Counted from the first letter of the stretch, positions 10,829 to 19,357 are shown. The stretch is DNA of 64,000 bases from Burkholderiales bacterium (GCA_038244115.1 JBBRTU010000001.1:224718-288717); one strand, 5' to 3'. Translations and numbers: made by a program. Notes: generated by a model from the letters alone, not told the origin.

Positions 10829-11245
10829 TTAAACTGCGCACCATGCATAAAGCGCGTCGTAGACCACCATGCTGTGAGCCAGCATCTCGTGGTCATTTTC
10901 AAAATTCATCGACAACCCCCTTGAAATAGCCAGCAGACCTTCTACTTGCGGCGCCAGATCTGGCCGTCCGGTATCCGCACCACGCACGATTAGCGCCAGC
11001 TTATTCAACGCTGCATCATCAAGTTTATATTTATCGATGAACGCATCGAAGCTGCAAAATTCGCCGTGATGCCCAAGCTCCGCCCCCGGCACATCATAAG
11101 GAATCGCACCGGTTTCCTGAGCAACCTTCAACACATCATTGCCTGGCACGTAGAGAAATTCAGCATCAGGATCGACAAAGCGCGCCACTAGCCATGGGCA
11201 GGCAATGCGGTCGATCTTGGGACGTTCACGGGTGACAAATTTCAT
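10829..11245 (-). CDS. ChrB C-terminal-domain-only protein (138 aa)
   Basis: TRERPKIDRIACPWLVARFVD matches the C-terminal module of both full-length ChrB copies (RPDADRLASAWLIQRFID). Confidence 0.8.
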   Translation of the reverse strand: MKFVTRERPKIDRIACPWLVARFVDPDAEFLYVPGNDVLKVAQETGAIPYDVPGAELGHHGEFCSFDAFIDKYKLDDAALNKLALIVRGADTGRPDLAPQVEGLLAISRGLSMNFENDHEMLAHSMVVYDALYAWCAV

Positions 11246-11268
11246 GTGTAAATTCCTATAATTTTATT

Positions 11269-11308
11269 CCCCCTCGCCCCTTTGGGGATAACCAGCGGGG
11301 AGAGGGGG
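11269..11308. repeat. GC-rich nested hairpin in the rhodanese/chrB-C intergenic gap
   Basis: CCCCCTC...GAGGGGG outer stem with an inner CCCC-ttt-GGGG. The same style of hairpin occurs at 32697-32733 and 51165-51262. Confidence 0.55.
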
Positions 11309-11314
11309 TTATCA

Positions 11315-11629
11315 CTATTTGGATACGATTGCGCCACCCGCCGCCTTCCAGCCTTCAATCCCACCCTCGATAAAACACGCCTTCAGTCCCTTGGCTTGCA
11401 ACGCATCCACCACGCTATTGCTCACGCCACCGCCGCGCACGCAGTACAGCACGATGTCCTTGTCTTTCGGCAAGCTGTCTGCCCACTGCGCCAATTGCTC
11501 GGGATCATGCCAGGTTGCATCAGCAATTTTTTCCGCCGAAGTATCCAGATCATTTTTACGGCGCACGTCGATAAGATGCTTGCTGGTGAGTTCTGATTTT
11601 AGTAATTCGGGTTTAATAGTACGTTCCAT
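11315..11629 (-). CDS. Single-domain rhodanese-like sulfurtransferase
   Basis: 104 aa with active-site loop VLYCVRGGGVSNS (catalytic Cys). It sits in the operon immediately after chrA. Confidence 0.85.
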   Translation of the reverse strand: MERTIKPELLKSELTSKHLIDVRRKNDLDTSAEKIADATWHDPEQLAQWADSLPKDKDIVLYCVRGGGVSNSVVDALQAKGLKACFIEGGIEGWKAAGGAIVSK

Positions 11630-11638
11630 ATCGCTTCC

Positions 11639-12988
11639 TCACACAAGATAGGTGTAAACCAGACCGACGACCGCACAGGCGCCGATCACTTTCATAATGT
11701 CCGCTTTGTATTTCCACAAGGCCACAAAAGCGGCAACTGAAATCACTGCATAAAGCCATTCGAATGTTCCACTAAACGGCGCCGCTTCCGTGCCTTTGGG
11801 CCACAGCACGTGCCAGCCGAAAAAAATCGCCAGATTCAAAATCACGCCCACCACAGCGGCAGTAATTCCACTCAGCGGCGCAGTGAATTTGAGATCGCCA
11901 TGCGTAGATTCGACCAGCGGTGCGCCGGCCAAAATAAACACAAACGAAGGTAGGAAAGTGAAGAAGGTAGCCACGCTAGCCCCAGCGAATCCGGCCAGGA
12001 ACAAGGCATCTGGCCCGAAGATCTGTTTGGTCCAGGCACCCACGAAGCCGACAAATGACACCACCATAATCAATGGTCCTGGTGTGGTTTCACCCAGCGC
12101 AAGACCATCCATCATCTGCGGTCCGGTCAGCCAATGGTAGTTCTCCACCCCGCCTTGATACACATAGGGCAACACCGCGTAGGCGCCGCCGAATGTCACC
12201 AACGCTGCCTTAGTAAAAAACTCGCCCATGGTGCGCAGGGTAGCATCGGTCAGCAGCGCCATCGCTGCGCCCCACAACACCAGCCCACCTGTGATCAATG
12301 CGGCCAGATACCACCAGCGGAATTGCACATGCGCAGGCGGCGGCGTGTCATCGTCGATCAGCGCGGGGCCGTATTCTTTTTTGGAAGCGCCGTGTCCGCC
12401 GCCTACCTTGAATTTTTCCGGTATCAGTTTGCCGCCAATGGAACCCAGAACGCCGGCGCCCAACACGATGTAGGGGAACGGCACATGCAAGGCGAAAATC
12501 GCCACGAAAGACACTGCCGCGAAAGTCCACAGCACGTTATTTTTCAACGCGCGCGAGCCGATGCGCCACGCGGCAAATACCACGATCGCCACCACCGCCG
12601 GTTTAATGCCGTTGAACACGCCCTTGACGAAAGTCACATCACCAAACGCCATATAAACGTAAGTGAGTCCAGACAAAATGAACAACGAAGGCAGCACAAA
12701 CAACGTCCCCGCTATGATGCCGCCCCAGGTACGATGCAATAGCCAGCCGATGTAGATAGCCAGCTGCTGCGCCTCCGGGCCGGGCAGCACCATGCAGAAA
12801 TTCAGCGCGTGCAGGAAGCGATGTTCGGAAATCCAGCGGCGTTTCTCCACCAGTTCCTGGTGCATGATGGCGATCTGCCCAGCCGGGCCGCCGAAGCTGA
12901 TGAAACCGAGTTTCAGCCAGTAGACAAATGCCTCCCAAAATGTCGGGTAAGCTGGCCGCTGTTGATCGGTCATGTTGCGTTCAGTCAT
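11639..12988 (-). CDS. chrA: Chromate ion transporter ChrA (long, duplicated form)
   Basis: FWEAFVYWLKLGFISFGGPAGQIAIMHQELVEKRRWISE plus a second half with GETTPGP. The ATG at 12988 overlaps the chrB2 stop by 8 nt (ATGACTGA). Confidence 0.92.
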   Translation of the reverse strand: MTERNMTDQQRPAYPTFWEAFVYWLKLGFISFGGPAGQIAIMHQELVEKRRWISEHRFLHALNFCMVLPGPEAQQLAIYIGWLLHRTWGGIIAGTLFVLPSLFILSGLTYVYMAFGDVTFVKGVFNGIKPAVVAIVVFAAWRIGSRALKNNVLWTFAAVSFVAIFALHVPFPYIVLGAGVLGSIGGKLIPEKFKVGGGHGASKKEYGPALIDDDTPPPAHVQFRWWYLAALITGGLVLWGAAMALLTDATLRTMGEFFTKAALVTFGGAYAVLPYVYQGGVENYHWLTGPQMMDGLALGETTPGPLIMVVSFVGFVGAWTKQIFGPDALFLAGFAGASVATFFTFLPSFVFILAGAPLVESTHGDLKFTAPLSGITAAVVGVILNLAIFFGWHVLWPKGTEAAPFSGTFEWLYAVISVAAFVALWKYKADIMKVIGACAVVGLVYTYLV

Positions 12989-13922
12989 ACTGTTTCCCCT
13001 CGGTAAAATTCGTATACAACCCATCGAACACTGCGCCTGCCGCATCCAGCAAGGCATCGTCATCTTTCGCAGCACTACGCAACCCACCTAAGATTGCTTC
13101 CAGTCCCACTGCTTCCGGCACGGTGATGCCGCCCACATCCAGGTAATGCACCACACTGGCGATGCGCTTCAATGCCGCATCCATTTCCAGCGCAAAGCTC
13201 AACATCAGCACTTCGAACGTCACACGATTGCCCACATGCGTAAACGCTGCGCCGTCGAAATCAAAACCCAACGCCTTCTTCGGACAGTCTTCCGGATTTT
13301 TCAACCAGCGGAATTGAGCCCGATCGTCGATGAAGCGCCGAATCAGCCACGCGCTGGCCATGCGATCCACCCACATGTGCTTGCGCGTCGCCCACACGCG
13401 GCCCTGATAGCCGGACCTGTCCAGGCGTTGGATGTCGCCTTTGGCCGCATGCGGCTCACCCGGAAACAGCCGCGCTTCGGCTTCATCCAGCGCGACTTGT
13501 GCCTGCACTCTGGCTTCGCCTGGGAAAAAATCCGTGGCGACCAGCGCGTCAAATTCACGCCGTAAAGTTTTCAACCGCTTGGCAGCCGGCACCGGTTTTT
13601 CTTTGGCCGCCTGCCCAATCTCTTCAATCAAACGCGCATAATCGGGGGAACGGTCGAACAAGCTGCGTAAAGCTTCTTCCTGTTCCGCGTTGCGCGTGGA
13701 AACGTTGAGCAGATGCGCCACACCGCCAGACTGAGAGGTTTCCTCCGCTAACTCGGCCAGCAGATTTTCTGCCTCCGCACTGTGCGGCAAGAGATAAACG
13801 CCATCGCGCAACACCACGCAGCCCGCGCTTTTCAGCGCCCGCCAGATGCGCATGCGCGCAGTGGCGTTTTGCGTGGGAAGACTCAGTACCAGTTCCAGCC
13901 AGTTTGGCATTGCAGTTTTCAT
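12981..13922 (-). CDS. chrB: ChrB-family chromate resistance/regulatory protein (copy 2)
   Basis: WLELVLSLPTQNATARMRIWRALKSAGCVVLRDGVYLLP and VWATRKHMWVDRMASAWLIRRFID. It is translationally coupled to chrA. Confidence 0.88.
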   Translation of the reverse strand: MKTAMPNWLELVLSLPTQNATARMRIWRALKSAGCVVLRDGVYLLPHSAEAENLLAELAEETSQSGGVAHLLNVSTRNAEQEEALRSLFDRSPDYARLIEEIGQAAKEKPVPAAKRLKTLRREFDALVATDFFPGEARVQAQVALDEAEARLFPGEPHAAKGDIQRLDRSGYQGRVWATRKHMWVDRMASAWLIRRFIDDRAQFRWLKNPEDCPKKALGFDFDGAAFTHVGNRVTFEVLMLSFALEMDAALKRIASVVHYLDVGGITVPEAVGLEAILGGLRSAAKDDDALLDAAGAVFDGLYTNFTEGKQYD

Positions 13923-13930
13923 GCAATATA

Positions 13931-13948
13931 CTCTACATTAATGTAGAG
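13931..13948. promoter_or_regulatory. Perfect 18-bp palindrome, candidate operator
   Basis: CTCTACATTAATGTAGAG, starting 9 nt upstream of the chrB2 ATG. Confidence 0.45.
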
Positions 13949-13972
13949 ATTACTACAAGAAATGTAACTTTT

Positions 13973-14100
13973 CTGGACGCAGATCAAAGCCGATAAACGC
14001 AGATAATGATTGATTTACCACGCACGCTAATAGTGAACAGCATGAGACAAAGCAGAGACGGTTTTATCTGCGTTTATCTGCGTCCATCTGCGTCCAACAG
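13973..14100. repeat. Family-A intergenic palindromic element, copy 1
   Basis: The left end is CTGGACGCAGATCAAAGCCGATAAACGCAGATAA and the right end is TTATCTGCGTTTATCTGCGTCCATCTGCGTCCAACAG. Two related copies are at 17326 and 19078. Confidence 0.8.
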
Positions 14101-14112
14101 ATTTTTACAAAT

Positions 14113-15309
14113 ATGAACGACAAACAAATCCTCTACACCACCGCCCTGCTGCGCTCCATCTCCATCGGCATGACCGGTGTACTGCTTGGCTTGTATCTGG
14201 CACGTTTAAACTTCGCCCCTGCCGTCATGGGCGTAGTCATCACCTCCGGCTTGATGGGTGCAGCGGCAGCAGCCTTGGTAGCCACGCTGGCCGGCGACCG
14301 CATCGGACGCAAGCGCCTGCTAATTTTTCTGGCAGCGCTCAGCACAGTGGGCGGCATCGTCGCCGCGCTCGGCTCGGATCAAACCATGATCATGGCCGCC
14401 GCCTTCATCGGTATGCTCAACGGCATGGGGCGCGACCGTGGCGCCGCGCTGGTGCTGGAGCAAGCCATCCTGCCCGCCACGACGGACGATGCCGCGCGAA
14501 CAAAGACCTTTGCCTGGTACAACGTACTGACAGATATCGGCCATGCCGTGGGAGGCCTGTGTGCTGCCGTGCCAACTGCATTGCACTACTGGGGCGGCGT
14601 GAACGAACTGACTGCGCTGCGCAGCGTGATGATGATCTACCCGCTTTTTCTGGCGATCACCGGCCTGCTCTACCTCAAACTATCTACGAAGGCAGAGACG
14701 CCCAGCGACAGGAAAAAAATCATCATTTCACCGCAAAGCCGCAAAGTGCTGTGGCGCATTGCACTGTTGTTTGGGCTAGACAGCCTGGCCGGTGGATTCC
14801 TCGGCACTGCCCTGCTGGCCTATTTCTTCCATGCCAAGTTCGGCGCAGGGGAAGCACTGATCGGCGGCCTGTTCTTCGCCGCGCGCATCGCCAATGCCTT
14901 CTCCCATTTGGGTGCAGCCTGGCTGGCCAAACGCATCGGCCTGGTGAACACCATGGTATTCACCCACATCCCGTCGAGTTTCTTGCTGCTCACTGTCGCC
15001 TTCGCGCCGAATTTCTGGGTGGCGTCGATACTATTCCTGCTGCGCGAAGGACTAGTGGAAATGGACGTGCCAACAAGACAGTCCTACGTGATGGCGGTAG
15101 TCAAACCGGAAGAACGCACCTTCGCCTCCGGCGTCACAAATCTGGTGCGGCTAGGCGGCTGGGCCGCCGCCCCCGCCTTCGCCGGCTGGCTGATGAGCGC
15201 ACTGGCGCTGTCCACCCCGCTGGTGATCGGCGCGGGGATGAAGATTGCCTACGACGTGATGCTGTATTTTTCGTTTCGCGGCATCAAGCCGCCGGAGGAA
15301 AAACAGTAA
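14113..15309 (+). CDS. MFS transporter
   Basis: 398 aa with ~12 hydrophobic segments and the MFS loop motif GDRIGRKRLL. Confidence 0.85.
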   Translation: MNDKQILYTTALLRSISIGMTGVLLGLYLARLNFAPAVMGVVITSGLMGAAAAALVATLAGDRIGRKRLLIFLAALSTVGGIVAALGSDQTMIMAAAFIGMLNGMGRDRGAALVLEQAILPATTDDAARTKTFAWYNVLTDIGHAVGGLCAAVPTALHYWGGVNELTALRSVMMIYPLFLAITGLLYLKLSTKAETPSDRKKIIISPQSRKVLWRIALLFGLDSLAGGFLGTALLAYFFHAKFGAGEALIGGLFFAARIANAFSHLGAAWLAKRIGLVNTMVFTHIPSSFLLLTVAFAPNFWVASILFLLREGLVEMDVPTRQSYVMAVVKPEERTFASGVTNLVRLGGWAAAPAFAGWLMSALALSTPLVIGAGMKIAYDVMLYFSFRGIKPPEEKQ

Positions 15310-15424
15310 TCACATGACAAAAGATTGATTCGCTTGCGCAGCTAGCCAATGTCGCTGAAAATAACCCTTTATCAAGATGATATTTTTATCATCTTTCACT
15401 CGTTAGCGTCTGGGGAAAAAATCT

Positions 15425-16216
15425 GTGACCGAAAAATCGACTCCAACTTTCTTCAGCAAAGACAACCTTCATCGTGCTGGGTGGACCGTTCTCATCAGTT
15501 TGCTTGGATTTGGCGGAGGCATTGTCTTCAATAATGCTTATGGGCCACCAAAGACCGTCCTTGACACATCCAGTTCCTCCGCTTTACCAATCAACATTAC
15601 CGTACAACCACCACTGCGGGCCAAGCCTGAAATGACGGCGGATGATATTCAAGCGCTCACTAGTGCCATTAGGAATTTTCAGAAGGCCGCCGAATCGAAC
15701 AAGCAAGACTCGCAAGTTAGAACGCTATCTGAGGAAGTTCGAAGACTACGCGATTCTCTGCCCCAGCAAACGATCCCATCTAGCACGTCATCGACAATAA
15801 TCCCGGACACAACTCCGGCACAGAAAAAGTCCTCCTTTCGTTTTCCTTCAAACGTCAAAGGCTACCGATCAACCCCCTTTTTCGGCATCAAAGACAGCTC
15901 GTGCCCCCCACGGGCCGTTGTTGTCGGTACTCCCTTGGGTATTGCCTTTCGGCTCGTAGATAAGAATATTTTATCCAATGCCTCGCCCCTGTTTCTACGC
16001 ATAGATCGAATTAAGGACGACGGAAATATGGTACAAGTCGTTGAGACTCTTTTCGAGCTTCAAGAGGGCATTAACGAAACCACCATTTCCCCCGAGTTGC
16101 AACCTGCTGAGTACCGCCTGAGCTACGGCTTCTACCTCAATACAGAACTCCACGAAGAGTTTCCTAAATTCTATTCCCGTGAATGCAAGCTCAATGTGCG
16201 AGCGCATGCTAAATAG
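15425..16216 (+). CDS. Hypothetical membrane-anchored protein (263 aa)
   Basis: GTG start after GGGGA. It has one N-terminal TM helix (WTVLISLLGFGGGIVF), a Ser/Thr/Pro-rich linker and a C-terminal globular part. I recognise no motif. The region is visibly more AT-rich than its flanks. Confidence 0.5.
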   Translation: MTEKSTPTFFSKDNLHRAGWTVLISLLGFGGGIVFNNAYGPPKTVLDTSSSSALPINITVQPPLRAKPEMTADDIQALTSAIRNFQKAAESNKQDSQVRTLSEEVRRLRDSLPQQTIPSSTSSTIIPDTTPAQKKSSFRFPSNVKGYRSTPFFGIKDSSCPPRAVVVGTPLGIAFRLVDKNILSNASPLFLRIDRIKDDGNMVQVVETLFELQEGINETTISPELQPAEYRLSYGFYLNTELHEEFPKFYSRECKLNVRAHAK

Positions 16217-16279
16217 CCGCCAAATTTGCTATCCCACCTAACTCAAGCGTTGATCTACGCCTATTTAAGATAACCCACC

Positions 16280-16621
16280 ATGTACGAACATCGCCACCAG
16301 CCGCTCCTACCCTTCAACATCTTTCTACGCCGCATCCTGCGCAATGTCGTCATTGCTGGTGCAGTGGCTACTGCGGCCCTGGGCATCGGCATCCTCGGCT
16401 ATCGCTTCACCGAAAACCTGCCGTGGATCGACGCGCTGCTTAACGCTTCGATGATTCTGGGCGGCATGGGGCCGGTGAGCGAATTGCATACTACCGCAGG
16501 CAAGTTATTCGCTTCGTGGTATGCGCTGTTCAGCGGCGTGGTGTTCATCACCAGCGCGGGTATTCTGGTCGCACCGCTACTGCATCGTTTTCTGCACCAC
16601 TTTCATTTGGAAGAAAAATGA
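16280..16621 (+). CDS. Small 2-TM membrane protein, ion-channel-like topology
   Basis: The layout is TM1, then LPWIDALLNASMILGGMGPV, then TM2. This resembles a 2-TM K+-channel pore module, but with GGMGP where TVGYG would be. Confidence 0.5.
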   Translation: MYEHRHQPLLPFNIFLRRILRNVVIAGAVATAALGIGILGYRFTENLPWIDALLNASMILGGMGPVSELHTTAGKLFASWYALFSGVVFITSAGILVAPLLHRFLHHFHLEEK

Positions 16622-16767
16622 TGTGTACTCCTAGAAATTCACTTTTGCGGGATGAAGCGCAAGGAGCCGCGCAGTGAGCGACGAGACATATCATCAAGAT
16701 AGGCGAGGAGCGAACGAGCACGCGACGCAGCGATTCGCCCGCAAAATGGATTTATAGGGATACACAA

Positions 16768-17316
16768 ATGGGCAACCGCTTATCCAAAATCGTTACTCGC
16801 ACCGGCGACGACGGCACTACCGGTATGGCAGACGGCACGCGCGTATCTAAGGACGACGCGCGCATCGAAGCTATCGGCACGGTGGATGAACTCAACAGCC
16901 AGATCGGTGTGTTGCTGGCCGAGAAATTGCCGCAAGCCGTGCGCGACTGTTTCACCCAGGTGCAGCACGAGTTATTCAACCTGGGTGGTGAGCTGTCGCT
17001 GCCTGGTCACACTGGCATGACTGAAGCACAGGTGCTGCGCCTGGAACAGCAAGTGGAAGACTGGAACAAGGATTTACCACCGCTGAAGGAATTCATTCTG
17101 CCCGGCGGCTGCCGTGCTACTGCGCTGTGTCACGTGGCGCGCACCGTGTGCCGCCGTGCTGAGCGGTGCGTAGTGACGCTGGCAAAAACGGAAGTTGTAT
17201 CGCCGCAGCTGGTGCACTACTTGAACCGGCTATCAGATTTGTTGTTTGCGGCTTGCCGGGTAATTAACCGGGCAGCGGGGGGGAAAGATGTGTTGTGGCA
17301 GTCAGGCAAGAAATGA
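16768..17316 (+). CDS. PduO-type ATP:cob(I)alamin adenosyltransferase
   Basis: N-terminus IVTRTGDDGTTGMADGTRVSKDDARIEAIGTVDELNS plus EFILPGG, which are diagnostic of the PduO/MMAB family. Confidence 0.9.
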   Translation: MGNRLSKIVTRTGDDGTTGMADGTRVSKDDARIEAIGTVDELNSQIGVLLAEKLPQAVRDCFTQVQHELFNLGGELSLPGHTGMTEAQVLRLEQQVEDWNKDLPPLKEFILPGGCRATALCHVARTVCRRAERCVVTLAKTEVVSPQLVHYLNRLSDLLFAACRVINRAAGGKDVLWQSGKK

Positions 17317-17325
17317 AAAGACTAT

Positions 17326-17438
17326 GGGACGCAGATAAAAGCCGATTAACGCAGATGATTCAATTCGGCAATGCGTCAGCCATGTGGTAACAAGCCCGGT
17401 CTAATCTGCGCTTATCTGCGTCCCTCTGCGTCCAACAG
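17326..17438. repeat. Family-A intergenic palindromic element, copy 2
   Basis: GGGACGCAGATAAAAGCCGATTAACGCAGATGA...TAATCTGCGCTTATCTGCGTCCCTCTGCGTCCAACAG. It sits between convergent genes. Confidence 0.8.
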
Positions 17439-17451
17439 TTTTTTCTCAGGA

Positions 17452-18066
17452 CTACAACCCCGGCACATCCCGCACATTGTGAAACACCAGATTAGGCAGC
17501 ACCATTTCCCCTTCGCGTTGTAGCGTAATGCGCGTGAGCGAAGCGGTGTCCACTTTAATGCGGTAGACATTCTGCGGCGACATTCCTAGTGCGGCGGCCA
17601 CCAGCATGCGGATCACGCCGGCATGGCATACCACCAGAACATGCTTGCCTTCGTGGTTGCGATGCACGTCGTCCAGCGCGATTGTCACCCGCGCAGAAAA
17701 ATCATGCAGCGCTTCGGCATCGGCGGGGCGCTTCTCCACCGGATCGCACTTGAACTGGAACAGGATGCCGGGGCTTGCAGCTTCCAGTTCGTGCGGACGC
17801 TTACCCTCCCAACTACCGAAGGCGACTTCCTTGAAACGTTCGTCGAATGCCAGCGGGATGTTGTGTTTTTCGCTGAGTTCTTTGGCAAACGCGGCGCAGC
17901 GCGTGAGCGGCGAACTGACGATATGCTGCCAGTCACCGAATTCGCCCACGGTGCTGCGCATTTGTTGCCAACCCTTTTCGCTCAACGGGTCGTCGATCTG
18001 GCCACGGTATTTTCTGCCGCCGACCGGTTCACCGTGGCGCAGCAAGTCTATGGTGGTTACTGACAT
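17452..18066 (-). CDS. Histidine phosphatase family protein (CobC/alpha-ribazole-phosphatase-like)
   Basis: RHG motif (IDLLRHGEP) and a downstream CHAGVIR. The ATG at 18066 overlaps the cupin stop by 10 nt. Confidence 0.8.
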   Translation of the reverse strand: MSVTTIDLLRHGEPVGGRKYRGQIDDPLSEKGWQQMRSTVGEFGDWQHIVSSPLTRCAAFAKELSEKHNIPLAFDERFKEVAFGSWEGKRPHELEAASPGILFQFKCDPVEKRPADAEALHDFSARVTIALDDVHRNHEGKHVLVVCHAGVIRMLVAAALGMSPQNVYRIKVDTASLTRITLQREGEMVLPNLVFHNVRDVPGL

Positions 18067-18416
18067 TCGGTATCCTCGTGGCTGTATGGCGGCGCACAGC
18101 AGCATAGAATCTTGAGCTGCATTTCGCCCGTATTGCGGATGCAATGCAGCGTGCCCGGCGGGATGCATACCGTGTCGCCCACGGCCACTTCAAATTGCTC
18201 TGCCCCCAGCATCATCAAGCCCTGCCCCGCCGTGATATGGTACAGCTCCTCGCTTTGGCGATGCCGATGTAGCGTGGTTTCCTGACCGGGTTCTAGCGTG
18301 GCTTCAGCCAGGCTTTGCAGGCGGTTGCCGTGCACACCGGGATGCATCAGTTCGCGGATGAGCGACCCATCTTTGGTGAGGTAAGGCTCAATATTGGCGT
18401 AGATGCTTTTCAACAC
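18057..18416 (-). CDS. Cupin domain protein
   Basis: LEPGQETTLHRHRQSEELYHITAGQG...GDTVCIPPGTLHCIRN (cupin motifs 1 and 2). The GTG start is 2 nt after the PAP2 stop, with an AGG RBS. Confidence 0.8.
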   Translation of the reverse strand: MLKSIYANIEPYLTKDGSLIRELMHPGVHGNRLQSLAEATLEPGQETTLHRHRQSEELYHITAGQGLMMLGAEQFEVAVGDTVCIPPGTLHCIRNTGEMQLKILCCCAPPYSHEDTECQ

Positions 18417-18418
18417 TG

Positions 18419-19039
18419 TTACCTCAAATTTCCAGCTTTGAACAAAATAGTCTGAATGCCGTAGCGCACGACCAGCACGACCAGCAAGCCACTCAGGAAA
18501 CCCGCCAGCACATCGGCAGGAAAATGCGCGCCGAGGCTGATGCGCGAGATACCCACCCACAACACAAACAGTGCGGCTGCCGTGCGCCAGTTGCTATTCA
18601 ACACTGGCCACAGGCTGGCTGCGACCAGCATGGCGAAGGAGGAATGGCCGCTGGGCAGGCTGTGGTGAAATTCCGGCGTGCCGACAATATGCACCGCTTC
18701 CAGCGACAGCGCCAAGGGCGGACGAGGAAAGTCCAGCAAGGGCTTCAACCAGCCCAGCAGCATGCCGTCCAGCACGTAGGCAATACTGAACACCGCTAAC
18801 ACCACCAGCCAGTTCACTGCATAGCGCTCCAGTTGATGCGGATTGCGCCGCGCTTCCACCGCCACACACAGAATGGCAGCAAACGATGCCATGGCTAAAT
18901 ACGTAACAAAATTGGCATGGCCGCCTAACGCCGTGCCGAGCAGCATGGCGCGATCCAGCAGTGGGCCGTGGATATCGTTGATCTGATGGAACAGCCAGAT
19001 ATTGCCCCCGCCCCAGTCGTACAAAATGGATTTCATCAA
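18419..19039 (-). CDS. PAP2-family membrane phosphatase
   Basis: Motifs KPLLDFPRP, PSGHS and SRISLGAHFPADV, with multiple TM helices. Confidence 0.85.
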   Translation of the reverse strand: MMKSILYDWGGGNIWLFHQINDIHGPLLDRAMLLGTALGGHANFVTYLAMASFAAILCVAVEARRNPHQLERYAVNWLVVLAVFSIAYVLDGMLLGWLKPLLDFPRPPLALSLEAVHIVGTPEFHHSLPSGHSSFAMLVAASLWPVLNSNWRTAAALFVLWVGISRISLGAHFPADVLAGFLSGLLVVLVVRYGIQTILFKAGNLR

Positions 19040-19077
19040 GTCTCGCCTTATGCCTTACAAAGATTAACCTAAAAAAA

Positions 19078-19214
19078 CAGTTGGACGCAGAGGAACGCAG
19101 ATAAGCGCAGATAGAACAGGAAGTCGTTGGCCTATCTTTACGCGCCCAATGGGTGAAGTGGCGCATCTCTTCAACAAATTCAATTATCTGCGGTAATCGG
19201 TTTTATCTGCGTCC
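19078..19214. repeat. Family-A intergenic palindromic element, copy 3 (inverted)
   Basis: CAGTTGGACGCAGAGGAACGCAGATAAGCGCAGATAG...TTATCTGCGGTAATCGGTTTTATCTGCGTCC. It sits between divergent genes. Confidence 0.75.
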
Positions 19215-19357
19215 AATTGCTGTTTCTGGGATTAAGCGCCTGTCCCCAAAAAAACCAGGTGCTGACATGGCGGATTTCTCCTATAACTAAATCAAACAGA
19301 ATTCTAATACTATGTACCGCTGGTCAGAAATATACCCGACTCCGAGGATGGCTACCA

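Noticed and set aside
11639-13087. Long N-terminal extensions in track ORFs (chrA from 13087, acs from 31745, tldD from 24462, the histidine phosphatase from 18168, the cupin from 18560, the ATPase from 54731, and others)
   Set aside because: The extensions overlap upstream genes, lack family similarity, and have composition atypical of the rest of each protein. Internal starts with an RBS or with stop/start coupling fit the conserved family N-termini.
14559-15317. 252-aa plus-strand ORF
   Set aside because: It is an out-of-frame overlap of the MFS transporter gene. It is Arg/Pro/Gly-rich and has no hydrophobic-segment pattern.
16621-16768. Possible cobalamin riboswitch upstream of the PduO-type adenosyltransferase
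   Set aside because: I could find no B12-box-like core (GCCACTG or a relative) and no characteristic multi-stem arrangement. The segment looks like a terminal-inverted-repeat element instead. An Infernal scan would settle it.
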